A stretch of DNA of 64,000 nucleotides from Deltaproteobacteria bacterium (lineage in GTDB: Bacteria; JAGRBM01; JAHCIT01), in contig JAHCIT010000003.1 of NCBI GenBank assembly GCA_026129095.1, forward strand, positions 186,001 to 250,000, in the 5' to 3' direction. A model generated the notes under the pieces. That model was not told the origin of the DNA and did not search any database. It was given only the letters and a program-made list of their open reading frames with translations. The translations under genes and the position numbers were made by a program. Numbering within the stretch: position 1 is the stretch's first letter; the number at the start of each line of letters is the position of its first letter. Below are positions 48,527 to 58,084 of the stretch, in pieces.

Positions 48527-48935
48527 GTAACTTGGAACTCCAACAGTGGCAGGCCCGACATCCCCCTCCGGTCCCGGCTGCCCGCCGGAAACCTGGGCCG
48601 GAAGATCGCACGTACCGGGCTGGACACTTCGGAACGGTAAATGCGAACTTGCTTCTTTTGGAGGGTCTTCGGGAACCGGGGTCACTTGTACTCTGGAGCT
48701 CGGGATCTCGAACAAGAGAGTCATCAGTTATCGCAGATTCGTCAGGCCCTGCCCAGCCTGAACGGGAGGGTAGACGTTCACCTGGTAAAGGGCGATGGGG
48801 CCTGAAAATAATTATGAAGGCCGTTCGTTTCGTCCCTTTTTGCCCTGCTTGCCCGTCTTCCAGGGAAGGCCCATCTTCACTCTCCGGTGGCTCAATAGGG
48901 CCATACCAGTATGAATACAGGGGATTTTAATCTGC

Positions 48936-49068
48936 CACCACGCCTCACCACGCCTCACCACGCCTCACCACGCCTCACCACGCCTCACCACGCCTCACCA
49001 CGCCTCACCACGCCTCACCACGCCTCACCACGCCTCACCACGCCTCACCACGCCTCACCACGCCTCAC
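48936..49068. repeat. Perfect 10-bp tandem repeat (CACCACGCCT) x13 plus CAC
   Basis: Directly visible; no spacers; intergenic between divergent RRM and TetR genes. Confidence 0.97.
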
Positions 49069-49155
49069 GAACGACTAGTAGAACGCCATTATTTTTATGT
49101 TGACAGGGTGCATCAAATCACAATAAAACAGTTGTGTTCTTGTAGGGAGGCCCAT

Positions 49156-49896
49156 ATGCAAACCCGACCGACCAGCACCAGAAGCCCCGCCGACGCCGCC
49201 GCGCAAACAAGTACTTCCGCAAGTAACTATACCCCTCCACCCGGCAGGATTCCGGGCAATCTCAGGCCAAATGTCGAGCGTGCCCTCCCCCGCGGACGTT
49301 ACCGGCGGGATCTCTCCCCACAGGACCGCTCCGAGCGCCAGCGTCTTCAGCTGCTCACCGCCGCTGCCCAGGTTTTTGCCGCCAAGGGGTTTGCCGACAC
49401 CGCCGTGGAGGATGTGGTGAAGGCGGCCGGCATGAGCCGGGCCACCTTCTATATACATTTTCAGGACAAGGACGAACTGCTTGGCGAGCTGTACGACACG
49501 GGAGCTTCCGCCACGATCCGCTCAATCCGGCAGGCGGCCGCCGCCGTTCCCAAAAACGAGCCGCTCAAGCGCCTCGAAAAGGCATTCGATACCTATCTCT
49601 TCATGCTCACAAACGGGGGCGATGTGGCCCGCGTGATCGTCAACGAGGTCGCCGCCGGGGGGCCGAAGATGCTGGAGCGCCGGGATCGTGTGCATCAGGA
49701 GTTCATCAAGATGTTCCGCGAACTCGCGGCAAAGGTATATCCCGGCCACACGCCGAGCGACATGACCCTGCTCGCCGTCGTTAGCGGCGTCGAAGGCCTA
49801 GTGTTCAACTACCTGTGGCGCGGCGAGGCCCGGAGGCTCGATTCCGAAGGCCGGGCGGTTATCTTCCGGTTCATGCTGAACGCCCTGAGACCCTGA
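49156..49896 (+). CDS. TetR/AcrR family regulator
   Basis: AA.VFAAKGF..T.V..V..AAGMSRATFY.HF.DK; GGAGG RBS. Confidence 0.92.
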   Translation: MQTRPTSTRSPADAAAQTSTSASNYTPPPGRIPGNLRPNVERALPRGRYRRDLSPQDRSERQRLQLLTAAAQVFAAKGFADTAVEDVVKAAGMSRATFYIHFQDKDELLGELYDTGASATIRSIRQAAAAVPKNEPLKRLEKAFDTYLFMLTNGGDVARVIVNEVAAGGPKMLERRDRVHQEFIKMFRELAAKVYPGHTPSDMTLLAVVSGVEGLVFNYLWRGEARRLDSEGRAVIFRFMLNALRP

Positions 49897-49908
49897 CCGG
49901 CAGTTGCG

Positions 49909-50694
49909 GTGCCAGACAAACCTGACGCCTGGAACCCCGACCAGTACGAACGGTTCCGGACCGAGCGGCTCCAGCCGGCATTCGATCTCATGTCGCTGGT
50001 GGCACCCGTCCCGGGTGGCCGGGCCATTGACCTGGGCTGCGGCACCGGAGAGATCACTCGGCTGCTCCACGAGGCGGTTCAGGCTGGCGAGACAACCGGC
50101 ATCGACAGTTCGCAGGCCATGCTGGAGAAGTGCCGCCATCATGAGGCGCCGGGACTCCGGTTTGTTAAAGGCGACATTGCCTCATTTCCCGGAGAGGTCG
50201 AGTATGACCTGATCTTCTCGAATGCCGCCCTGCACTGGCTTCCGGATCACCGCACCCTCTTTGGCCGGTTCTTCAGGGCACTGAAGCCCGGCGGCTCCTT
50301 CGCCGCCCAGATACCGGCGAACCACCTTCACCCGTCGCATCTTGCGGCAACGGAACTGGCGATGAGTGAACCGTACCGGACCGCTCTACAGGGCTGGAAC
50401 CTCAAATACGGTGTCGAACTGCCAGAAACCTACGCGGCTATCCTGCACGAACTGGGTTTCGCAAATCCCCTTGTCATGCTGAAGGTCTATGTGCACCTTC
50501 TGGAAACCCGCGAGGCGGTGGCCGAATGGTACCGCGGATCGCTGCTGACCGCCTACGAGACACGGCTCGACACGGATCTGTTTATCCGGTTCATGAACGA
50601 CTACCGGACCCGCCTGAAAGACAAACTTCCTGACACACGCCCTTACCTCTTTACCTTCAGCCGGATTCTCCTGCGGGGAACCCGGCCAGGCTGA
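49909..50694 (+). CDS. tam: Trans-aconitate 2-methyltransferase-like
   Basis: WNPDQYERF..ER..P..DL, DLGCGTG, FSNAALHWLPDH. Confidence 0.85.
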   Translation: MPDKPDAWNPDQYERFRTERLQPAFDLMSLVAPVPGGRAIDLGCGTGEITRLLHEAVQAGETTGIDSSQAMLEKCRHHEAPGLRFVKGDIASFPGEVEYDLIFSNAALHWLPDHRTLFGRFFRALKPGGSFAAQIPANHLHPSHLAATELAMSEPYRTALQGWNLKYGVELPETYAAILHELGFANPLVMLKVYVHLLETREAVAEWYRGSLLTAYETRLDTDLFIRFMNDYRTRLKDKLPDTRPYLFTFSRILLRGTRPG

Positions 50695-50703
50695 TACCGG
50701 AGA

Positions 50704-50735
50704 TTGTCAACCGGGACCGGATAACCGGTTGACAA
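50704..50735. promoter_or_regulatory. BirA operator (bioO) overlapping bio promoter
   Basis: TTGTCAACC-N14-GGTTGACAA palindrome upstream of bioB; right arm contains TTGACA. Confidence 0.88.
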
Positions 50736-50820
50736 GTTTCGGGCCTCTTTCGTAAGCTCGCCCTCACCCGGAAGCGCAACGCCGCCGGGATGTCCGCCAA
50801 AGCAAGGGGAAAACCGCCAC

Positions 50821-51924
50821 ATGCCATCCGCACTCGCCCTCGGTTTCAAGGACCGGGACTTCCGCTCGAATCCGCTCACCCGCGAAGAAGCCATCGAAGC
50901 CATCGGCTTCGAAAGACCGGAAGACCTGGACCTGCTCTATGCCGCATCCAGCCGGGTCCGGGCCGAGATGTTCGGCAAGGACGTTTCCGTTTGTACCATC
51001 GTCAATGCCAAGTCGGGCAACTGCGCCGAGGACTGTGGCTTCTGCGCCCAGAGTGCCTACTACCAGAAGGACACTGGCGTCACGACCTACCCGCTCATGT
51101 CGGCAGACGACATCGTGAATGTGGCATGGGAACGGAAGGCAATCGGCGGACGGGAGTTTTCCATCGTCACCGCCGGAACCGGTATGTACCGGCCGGAGGA
51201 AGTGGACACGCTCGTCGATGCCGTTCGCCGCGTGAACGACGAGGTGGGCATGGAGAGCTGTGCCTCGCTCGGCCTGATGAAGCGGGAAGACCTGTTGCGC
51301 CTCAAGGAGGCCGGCATGGTCCACTTCCATCACAACCTGGAAACGGCCCGGAGCCACTTTCCGAACATCGTCACGACCCACAGCTTCGACGACGAGGTGA
51401 ACTCGGTGCGGATGGCCAAGGAACTGGGATTTGAAGTCTGCTGCGGCGGCATCTTCGGCATGGGTGAAAACCGCGAACAGCGCGTCGAACTGATGGAGAC
51501 GCTGCGTGACCTCGACGTCGATTCGATCCCCATCAACTTCCTGAACCCCATCAAGGGGACCAGGCTCGGCCACCTGAAGCCGATGGAGGCCGAGGAGGCG
51601 CTCAAGGTGATTGCTGTCATGCGTCTCATGATGCCCGGCACGCCCAGCTTCGTATGCGGCGGCCGCGAAGTGACTCTGGGCAACCGGCAGGACGAGATAT
51701 TCAGGGCAGGCGCTTCCGGGCTCATGATGGGGAACTACCTCACTACTTCTAACCGCAACTATCTCCACGACCGGGAGATGGTCGCCGCGCAAGGACTTCG
51801 CATCAAGGATGACGGCTGCCATGTGAAGACCAAGCAGCCCATGGAAGTGAAAACACCGGCGACGGAAGTCAGGCAGGCAGTCCCGAGCCAGAAGCTTTAC
51901 CAGATCGATCGGCCCGCGAACTGA
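50821..51924 (+). CDS. bioB: Biotin synthase
   Basis: CAEDCGFCAQS, HHNLET, CCGGIFGMGE, PINFL, GNYLTT. Confidence 0.96.
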   Translation: MPSALALGFKDRDFRSNPLTREEAIEAIGFERPEDLDLLYAASSRVRAEMFGKDVSVCTIVNAKSGNCAEDCGFCAQSAYYQKDTGVTTYPLMSADDIVNVAWERKAIGGREFSIVTAGTGMYRPEEVDTLVDAVRRVNDEVGMESCASLGLMKREDLLRLKEAGMVHFHHNLETARSHFPNIVTTHSFDDEVNSVRMAKELGFEVCCGGIFGMGENREQRVELMETLRDLDVDSIPINFLNPIKGTRLGHLKPMEAEEALKVIAVMRLMMPGTPSFVCGGREVTLGNRQDEIFRAGASGLMMGNYLTTSNRNYLHDREMVAAQGLRIKDDGCHVKTKQPMEVKTPATEVRQAVPSQKLYQIDRPAN

Positions 51925-51950
51925 AGGCACAGCCTGAAAACATCCCGCCA

Positions 51951-53168
51951 ATGACACCACCCCGGCCCACGCAGATACCGGCTGAAAAGACCGGCTCGTT
52001 CGAGGACTACCTCGAAACAGAACTGGATCGCGTCCGTGCCGAAAACCGCTGGCGGTTTTTCCGCCCGGTGACGGGATCTCAGGGACCCACTGTCCAGGCT
52101 GCCGGCCGCGAACTGCTGATGCTGGCATCGAATAACTACCTGGGGCTCGCCGGCGATCCACGGATTTCGGAGGCGATCGGCGAAGCCCTGCGCACCGATG
52201 GCACGGGTTCCGGCGCCTCGCGCCACATCAGCGGCTCAATGGACCGGCATCAGGAGCTGGAAGAACGGCTTGCCGCCTTCAAGGGGACCGAAGCCGCCGT
52301 TCTCTACAACACCGGCTACATGGCGAATGTGGGCATCATCTCCTCGCTGCTGGGCCCCGGTGATGCCGTCTTTTCCGACGAGCTCAACCATGCATCCATC
52401 ATCGACGGCTGCCGGCTCTCCGGCGCGGAGAAGGAGATTTACCGCCACTCCGACATGAATGACCTGGAACGGCGGCTGAAAAAAACCGCCGCACGGCACA
52501 AGCTGATCGTGACCGACGCCGTCTTTTCGATGGATGGCGATGTGGCGAAACTGCGGGAAATCGCCGATCTCTCCCGGCGCTACGGCGCGTGGACGATGGT
52601 TGACGAGGCCCATGCGACCGGTGTTTTCGGCCGCTCCGGCCGGGGCCTGGTGGATCATCTGGGGCTGACGGGCAAAATCGACATCGTGATGGGGACACTG
52701 GGCAAGTCTCTGGGCGGATTCGGCGCCTTCGCCGCCGGAAGCCGCAGGCTCATCGATTTCCTCATCAACAAGTCACGGATGCTGATCTTCACGACAGCCC
52801 TGCCGCCAGCGGTCTGCGCGGGGGTGATCCGGGCGCTCGACATCCTCGAATCCGAGCCGGACCGGATCGCCCGGCTTCACCGGCTTTCGGCCCGCTACCG
52901 GGACCGGCTCGTGTCGGCGGGGCTGGACATCTGCGGTTCGGTAACTCCGATCGTGCCGGTCAGGATCGGCCCCGAGGACCGGACGCTCGCCATCGCCCAG
53001 GATCTCTGGAACGAGGGTTTCTTTTCCATCGCCATACGTCCGCCGACCGTCCCGCCCGGAACCTGCCGGATCCGCACGACCGTGATGGCGACCCATACGG
53101 AAGCCGATCTGGACCGCGCCGCCGCTGCGATTGCCACGGCCTGCCAGCGGCATGGAGTGATCCACTGA
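51951..53168 (+). CDS. bioF: 8-amino-7-oxononanoate synthase
   Basis: SNNYLGL, NHASIIDG, FSMDGD, DEAHA, TLGKS, IRPPTVP. Confidence 0.95.
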   Translation: MTPPRPTQIPAEKTGSFEDYLETELDRVRAENRWRFFRPVTGSQGPTVQAAGRELLMLASNNYLGLAGDPRISEAIGEALRTDGTGSGASRHISGSMDRHQELEERLAAFKGTEAAVLYNTGYMANVGIISSLLGPGDAVFSDELNHASIIDGCRLSGAEKEIYRHSDMNDLERRLKKTAARHKLIVTDAVFSMDGDVAKLREIADLSRRYGAWTMVDEAHATGVFGRSGRGLVDHLGLTGKIDIVMGTLGKSLGGFGAFAAGSRRLIDFLINKSRMLIFTTALPPAVCAGVIRALDILESEPDRIARLHRLSARYRDRLVSAGLDICGSVTPIVPVRIGPEDRTLAIAQDLWNEGFFSIAIRPPTVPPGTCRIRTTVMATHTEADLDRAAAAIATACQRHGVIH

Positions 53169-53171
53169 CCC

Positions 53172-54593
53172 ATGCCGGTGAGGAAACCGAAACGCCCCGC
53201 CCGGCGGCGTACCTCCCGGTCACGGGGATCACGGGCCCGCAGCCTCGCCGCCGCCGATCTCAGGAACATATGGCATCCCTTCACCCAGATGCAGGAATGG
53301 GAACTGGAAGAACCCCTGATCATCGAAAAGGGAAAAGGATCCTGGCTCTATGACGTCCGGGGAAACCGGTATCTGGATGGCGTTTCGTCACTCTGGTGCA
53401 CCGTTCATGGCCACAACCATCCAGTCCTGAACCGTGCCCTCAACCGGCAGGCGGCCCGGGTTTCCCACTCGACGATGCTGGGGCTGTCGAACGTCCCGGC
53501 GGTGGAACTGGCTGAAAAGCTGGCCGCTCTGGCACCCGATGGCCTCAGCCGGGTCTTCTACTCTGATTCAGGCTCGACGGCCGTCGAAATCGCCCTCAAG
53601 ATGGCTTTCCAGTATTCCCGCCTCACGCGGGGTGCCGGTACCCGCCGGACGAAGTTCCTCACCCTTACCAATGCCTATCACGGTGACACGATCGGATCGG
53701 TTTCGGCTGGCGGGATCGACCTCTTCCACGAAATATTCCGGCCACTCCTGTTTGAAACCCGGCGTATCCGGGGACCGTACAGGTTCCGGAATCCCTGGCC
53801 CGGAGAGGATCACGACCGCGCCGCCCTGCGCGAGCTGGAACAGGGCGTTGAAAAATACAGGGACGAACTGTGCGCGGTCGTGATCGAACCCCTGGTCCAG
53901 GGAGCCGCCGGCATGCTCCTCCAGCCCAAGGGCTACGTGAAACTGGTCCGCGAACTGTGCGACCGGCACGGGCTCCTTCTCATTCTGGATGAAGTGGCGA
54001 CCGGATTCGGCCGTACCGGAACCATGTTCGCCTGCGAGCAGGAGAACGTCAGTCCCGATTTCCTGTGCCTCGCCAAGGGACTGACCGGCGGATACCTCCC
54101 GGTCGCCGCAACACTTACCACCGAAAAGGTCTACGATGCCTTCAAGGGACGGTTCGAGGAGTTCAAGAGCTTCTTTCACGGCCACACCTATACAGGCAAT
54201 CCGCTCGGCTGCGCGGTGGCCTGCGCCTCCATTGATTTGTTCCGGACGGAAAAGACGCTGGAAAGACTCCAGCCCAAGATCGCCCAGCTCCGTAGACGTT
54301 TGGAATCCATCACATCCCATTCCCACGTGGGCGACATCCGTCAGTGCGGGTTCATGGCCGGTATCGAACTCATCCCGGACCGGAATCGTCCACAATTGGA
54401 GTACCCACCGGAGCTCCGGACCGGACATCGGGTCACCAGATTCGCCCGTAGCTGTGGCGTCATTACCCGGCCGCTCGGCAATACGCTGATTTTCATGCCG
54501 CCACTGTCGATCACGCCGAAAGAACTGGATAGACTCTGCGACGTTGTGTTCGATGGACTTGAGCACGTTACCGGAGAGATTGCCAGGCAGTGA
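53172..54593 (+). CDS. bioA: DAPA aminotransferase
   Basis: WHPFTQM, SGSTAVEIALKMA, YHGDT, DEVATGFGRTG, KGLTGGY, HGHTYTGN. Confidence 0.96.
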   Translation: MPVRKPKRPARRRTSRSRGSRARSLAAADLRNIWHPFTQMQEWELEEPLIIEKGKGSWLYDVRGNRYLDGVSSLWCTVHGHNHPVLNRALNRQAARVSHSTMLGLSNVPAVELAEKLAALAPDGLSRVFYSDSGSTAVEIALKMAFQYSRLTRGAGTRRTKFLTLTNAYHGDTIGSVSAGGIDLFHEIFRPLLFETRRIRGPYRFRNPWPGEDHDRAALRELEQGVEKYRDELCAVVIEPLVQGAAGMLLQPKGYVKLVRELCDRHGLLLILDEVATGFGRTGTMFACEQENVSPDFLCLAKGLTGGYLPVAATLTTEKVYDAFKGRFEEFKSFFHGHTYTGNPLGCAVACASIDLFRTEKTLERLQPKIAQLRRRLESITSHSHVGDIRQCGFMAGIELIPDRNRPQLEYPPELRTGHRVTRFARSCGVITRPLGNTLIFMPPLSITPKELDRLCDVVFDGLEHVTGEIARQ

Positions 54594-55321
54594 GCGTGCA
54601 AACCTACTTCGTCACCGGGACTGATACAGGCGTTGGCAAGACATTCGTCACCTGCGGACTCATCTGGTACCTGCGGGATCAGGGCCTCAGTGTCGGCGCC
54701 CTGAAGCCGGTGGAAACGGGCTGCCAGGAACACCGGGGAGCACTGCTGGCCAACGACGCCTCGCTGCTGTCCGATGCCATCAAGTACAGCGGGCCGATCG
54801 ACGACATCTGTCCCTACCGGTTCCGGCTTCCACTCTCTCCTGAGGCTGCGGCCGGATCAGAGGGAGTCAGGATCGATCTTAACCGCATACTTGATGCCCG
54901 GGCCCGCATGGGCGAGGGGAAAAAGGTAGTGATGGTGGAAGGGGCCGGCGGCCTGCTGGTCCCCCTCACCGACAAGCTGAATACGGCCGATCTTATCAGC
55001 CGGCTCAAGGCAAAAGTAATTCTGGTCGTGGCTTCAAAGATCGGCTGTATCAACCACACGCTGCTGACTCTGGAAGCCCTGGATCGCCGGGGGATCAAGA
55101 CGGCGGGCATCATACTCAACCGGGTCAGTGCGGCCGATCCGGCCGCTGATCCGTCTCTGGAAACGAATCTGGAAGATGTCCGCCGCCGGACCAAGATTCC
55201 GGTACTGGGCGAAATTCCGCACCTCAGTGGTGATCTTGGTGCCTACCGCCGCCAGCACTATCTGGAAACTGTCCGCAAGGCACTGGACGAAAGCGCCCTC
55301 AAGCGTATATTCGGACTCTGA
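54590..55321 (+). CDS. bioD: Dethiobiotin synthetase
   Basis: TGTDTGVGKT, KPVETG, EGAGG, GCINH. Confidence 0.96.
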   Translation: MSVQTYFVTGTDTGVGKTFVTCGLIWYLRDQGLSVGALKPVETGCQEHRGALLANDASLLSDAIKYSGPIDDICPYRFRLPLSPEAAAGSEGVRIDLNRILDARARMGEGKKVVMVEGAGGLLVPLTDKLNTADLISRLKAKVILVVASKIGCINHTLLTLEALDRRGIKTAGIILNRVSAADPAADPSLETNLEDVRRRTKIPVLGEIPHLSGDLGAYRRQHYLETVRKALDESALKRIFGL

Positions 55322-55330
55322 GGTTCCGAA

Positions 55331-56794
55331 GTGCCTTCAGCGGTTCTTCACAACTCCCTGTTCCAGCCACGCCTCATCGAGGAAATGGACCGGCAGGCTT
55401 CCCCGGCCCGGACCGTATATCCCGAAGGCGCGACTGACTGCCTGAGAATGCTCGGCTTTTCCGATCTGGAAACGGTGACAGACGCCGCATCCGCGAGCTC
55501 CCTTCGTTTCCAGGCGATCATCCGGTCCGGTGGCGACATTGTTGCCCTGGCAGCCGAAGCAGCCCCTGATGCCGATGAAGCACGGGTCAGGCAGATGGCG
55601 CTTGGCCGCGGGTTCCACCGGGAGCTGCCGTGGCTTCTCATCTTCTTCAAGAGCCGGCTGGAACTGTACTCGCTGGCCGCTCCGGATCCTGAACTCAACT
55701 ACCTTATGGTGGACCGCCGCCATCTCGCCAGAGTGTCCGGTTTTCTGGGCGGGCATTGTGCTGAAAATGGAGGGCCCTGGGAGCGCGCCCTCCTGCCTGC
55801 GGCAAAATCGTCTGATCCGGCCACCCTTGACCACATCACTGGTGATGCTCCCCTGGAGCGGACACTGATTGCCGGGGAGTTCCTGGCGAGCGAAGTACGC
55901 TCCCTTTATTCCCGGACCCGGAAACTGGCGCTGAAATACGGACATCCCCTGCTGTTCGTGGTCGAGCGGCGCGAATTCCCTGACCGGTTCGAGGAAGCCG
56001 CCCTGCCCAGCAGCCCCATCCGGCCGCGCAGTCTGGCAGGCGAGATCCGGTTCCTCACCGGCGAACCGGGGCTTCATGCATTTGTGACGGAGCTGTCCCG
56101 TGATCCCGGCCTGCCCCGTCCGCGAGCGTTGCCAAATCCGCAGATCAGTTTCCTTGAGATCCACTTTGCCGAGCAGCTTCAGCTTCTCGGCAACGACCTC
56201 ACGCTGCTTTCGATCGGGCCCACGGCGACCAACCGGGGAGCCAGGAACCGGCTGGAACTCGGCCTGAGCCGGTTCCGCGACGTTGCAAACCTATGGCTTT
56301 CCGTCCGGCTTGGTGCCCGGATCCGGCCCGGCGCCATTGCCAACCTGATCGACACGCTCGACGGCGAAACCGAAGACTTCCTCGCACGTGTGAGAGAAGT
56401 GCAGGTCCACATCGACCGGCTGCTGAAAAAATACCCGGTGGCACATATCGAACTGGAAGTGCCGGAGCTATATATCGAACGCGGGCGCCGGAGAGATGAT
56501 CCGGGCTTTCATCTGATTGCGGCCATGCCGCCCTCACGCAAACCGGCACGGCAGGCCCTCGTACGGCTGGCCGGCACACCCGGCAGCCCAGCCCAGCCCA
56601 CTGACGACGACCTAATGCTCGCCCTGCTCGACCGGCATGAGCCCATGCTTTCGGCGCATGGGCGGCTGATGGTCCGCGCCGCACAGCCGTCAGATGGGAC
56701 GATCCGCAAGATCGAAGAGTTGCTGAACCTCAAACTGTACGAGGCGCCAGTGGCGGGCTGGTCTGAATTCAGGCGGCCGCCGGTCAGCCGATAA
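55331..56794 (+). CDS. Hypothetical protein resembling a degenerate Type IIG/Eco57I-like RM enzyme
   Basis: Intact 487-aa ORF; HIELEVPELY...GFHLIAAMPPS resembles FHWELEFPEVF...GFD.VIGNPPY; DLMLALLDR...LSAHGRL resembles DLY..F.ER...LL..GGRL. Confidence 0.55.
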   Translation: MPSAVLHNSLFQPRLIEEMDRQASPARTVYPEGATDCLRMLGFSDLETVTDAASASSLRFQAIIRSGGDIVALAAEAAPDADEARVRQMALGRGFHRELPWLLIFFKSRLELYSLAAPDPELNYLMVDRRHLARVSGFLGGHCAENGGPWERALLPAAKSSDPATLDHITGDAPLERTLIAGEFLASEVRSLYSRTRKLALKYGHPLLFVVERREFPDRFEEAALPSSPIRPRSLAGEIRFLTGEPGLHAFVTELSRDPGLPRPRALPNPQISFLEIHFAEQLQLLGNDLTLLSIGPTATNRGARNRLELGLSRFRDVANLWLSVRLGARIRPGAIANLIDTLDGETEDFLARVREVQVHIDRLLKKYPVAHIELEVPELYIERGRRRDDPGFHLIAAMPPSRKPARQALVRLAGTPGSPAQPTDDDLMLALLDRHEPMLSAHGRLMVRAAQPSDGTIRKIEELLNLKLYEAPVAGWSEFRRPPVSR

Positions 56795-57452
56795 GCTGCA
56801 CCAGGTCGACTGGCCGCTCGATGATGTAGTTGGCCCCGGATTTTTCCAGCTCTTCCCGTCCCCGGAAACCCCAGGCCGCTCCGACACTGACAACCCCTGC
56901 CGCCTGGGCCGTCTTCACGTCCGTGCTGCTGTCGCCCACCATGAACGTCGCCATGGGGGCGATGTTGCGTGGAGCGAGGATTTTCCGGAGCATTTCCGGA
57001 TCAGGCTTGGGCTTTGCGACCGTATCGCCACATTCGATCTGGATGAACTCGCCTTCCACCCTGAGCGCCTTCAGTATCTTGTCCGTAAACCGCTTGGGCT
57101 TGTTCGTCGCCACCGCCTTGGGGATACCCGCACAGGCATGGAGAAGCGTGTCCATTCCGGAATAAAGCCGCGTATGGCGGGTGCAGCTTTCTTCGTAATA
57201 CCCAAGAAATACCCTGACCGCCTCGTCGAGATCGATCGTAACTCCGGCGGGGAGCGCCCGCTCCACGAGCTTCCGGGCGCCGTCGCCCACATACCGGGCG
57301 ATCTCGGGAACCGGCTTCGGGGGAAATCCGAATACCGAAAGAGTGTGGTTGGCGGCATCGGCGAGATCGACACTGGAATCAACCAGCGTCCCGTCCAGGT
57401 CGAAAACAATCAGGTGACAACGGGGCAAGTTTCCCTCCTGGGGCCGGGCCAC
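56784..57452 (-). CDS. gph: HAD hydrolase, phosphoglycolate phosphatase-like
   Basis: FDLDGTLVDS, TNK, KPDP, VGDS..D. Confidence 0.85.
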   Translation of the reverse strand: MARPQEGNLPRCHLIVFDLDGTLVDSSVDLADAANHTLSVFGFPPKPVPEIARYVGDGARKLVERALPAGVTIDLDEAVRVFLGYYEESCTRHTRLYSGMDTLLHACAGIPKAVATNKPKRFTDKILKALRVEGEFIQIECGDTVAKPKPDPEMLRKILAPRNIAPMATFMVGDSSTDVKTAQAAGVVSVGAAWGFRGREELEKSGANYIIERPVDLVQLIG

Positions 57453-57478
57453 CTACAAACCGTGCAGGAGGCGATCCG

Positions 57479-58084
57479 ATGGCGGGCAAGGAATACCGGG
57501 ACCACCCCGACCGAATCAAATGGGATTCGAAATACGGATCGAACCCTGATCTGTTCGGCCGCGGGCCGTCGGACTGGCTGCTCCACTGCTATCCAACGAT
57601 CGAAAGGCTCATTAGCCTTCCAGCCACTGCCCTCGACATCGGCGCCGGACCGGGCCGGAACTCACTGGCCCTCGCCCGCCGCGGTTTCGACGTCACAGCG
57701 CTGGACATCTCCGGTGTCGCACTGGAGCGTCTCGGGAAGCTCGCAGAGGCAGAGCGGCTGGACATCACGACCGTGAGAACGAGTGCCTACGACTGGGACT
57801 GGGCGCCGGCTGTGTTCAGCCTTGTCATCGATTTCTTTTATCTGGAGCGGCCCCTCATTCCGAAGATCGCCGGGACCGTGGTTCCCGGCGGGCTCATCTG
57901 CTTTGAGACCTACACAACCGGCCAGCTTGATGCACCCGTTAGCCCCAAATGTCCGCGGGAGTTCCTGCTGGAACCGGGAGAACTCCCCACACTTTTCGAT
58001 GGCTTCGAAACCCTGGAAAGCCGTGAGGGGCCGCTACCGGACGGTCGCGTCACCGCCGCCTGGCTGGGCCGGAGAGTCCGATAA
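57479..58084 (+). CDS. Class I SAM methyltransferase (TehB-like)
   Basis: KWD..Y, LDIGAGPGRNS, DIS, FLLEPGEL. Confidence 0.85.
   Translation: MAGKEYRDHPDRIKWDSKYGSNPDLFGRGPSDWLLHCYPTIERLISLPATALDIGAGPGRNSLALARRGFDVTALDISGVALERLGKLAEAERLDITTVRTSAYDWDWAPAVFSLVIDFFYLERPLIPKIAGTVVPGGLICFETYTTGQLDAPVSPKCPREFLLEPGELPTLFDGFETLESREGPLPDGRVTAAWLGRRVR

Noticed and set aside
48936-49068. CRISPR array
   Set aside because: Contiguous 10-bp units with no unique spacers and no cas genes
49078-49105. Second dif-like site (TTATGTTGACA)
   Set aside because: Three mismatches in the XerD arm, no plausible XerC arm; better explained as the TetR -35 element
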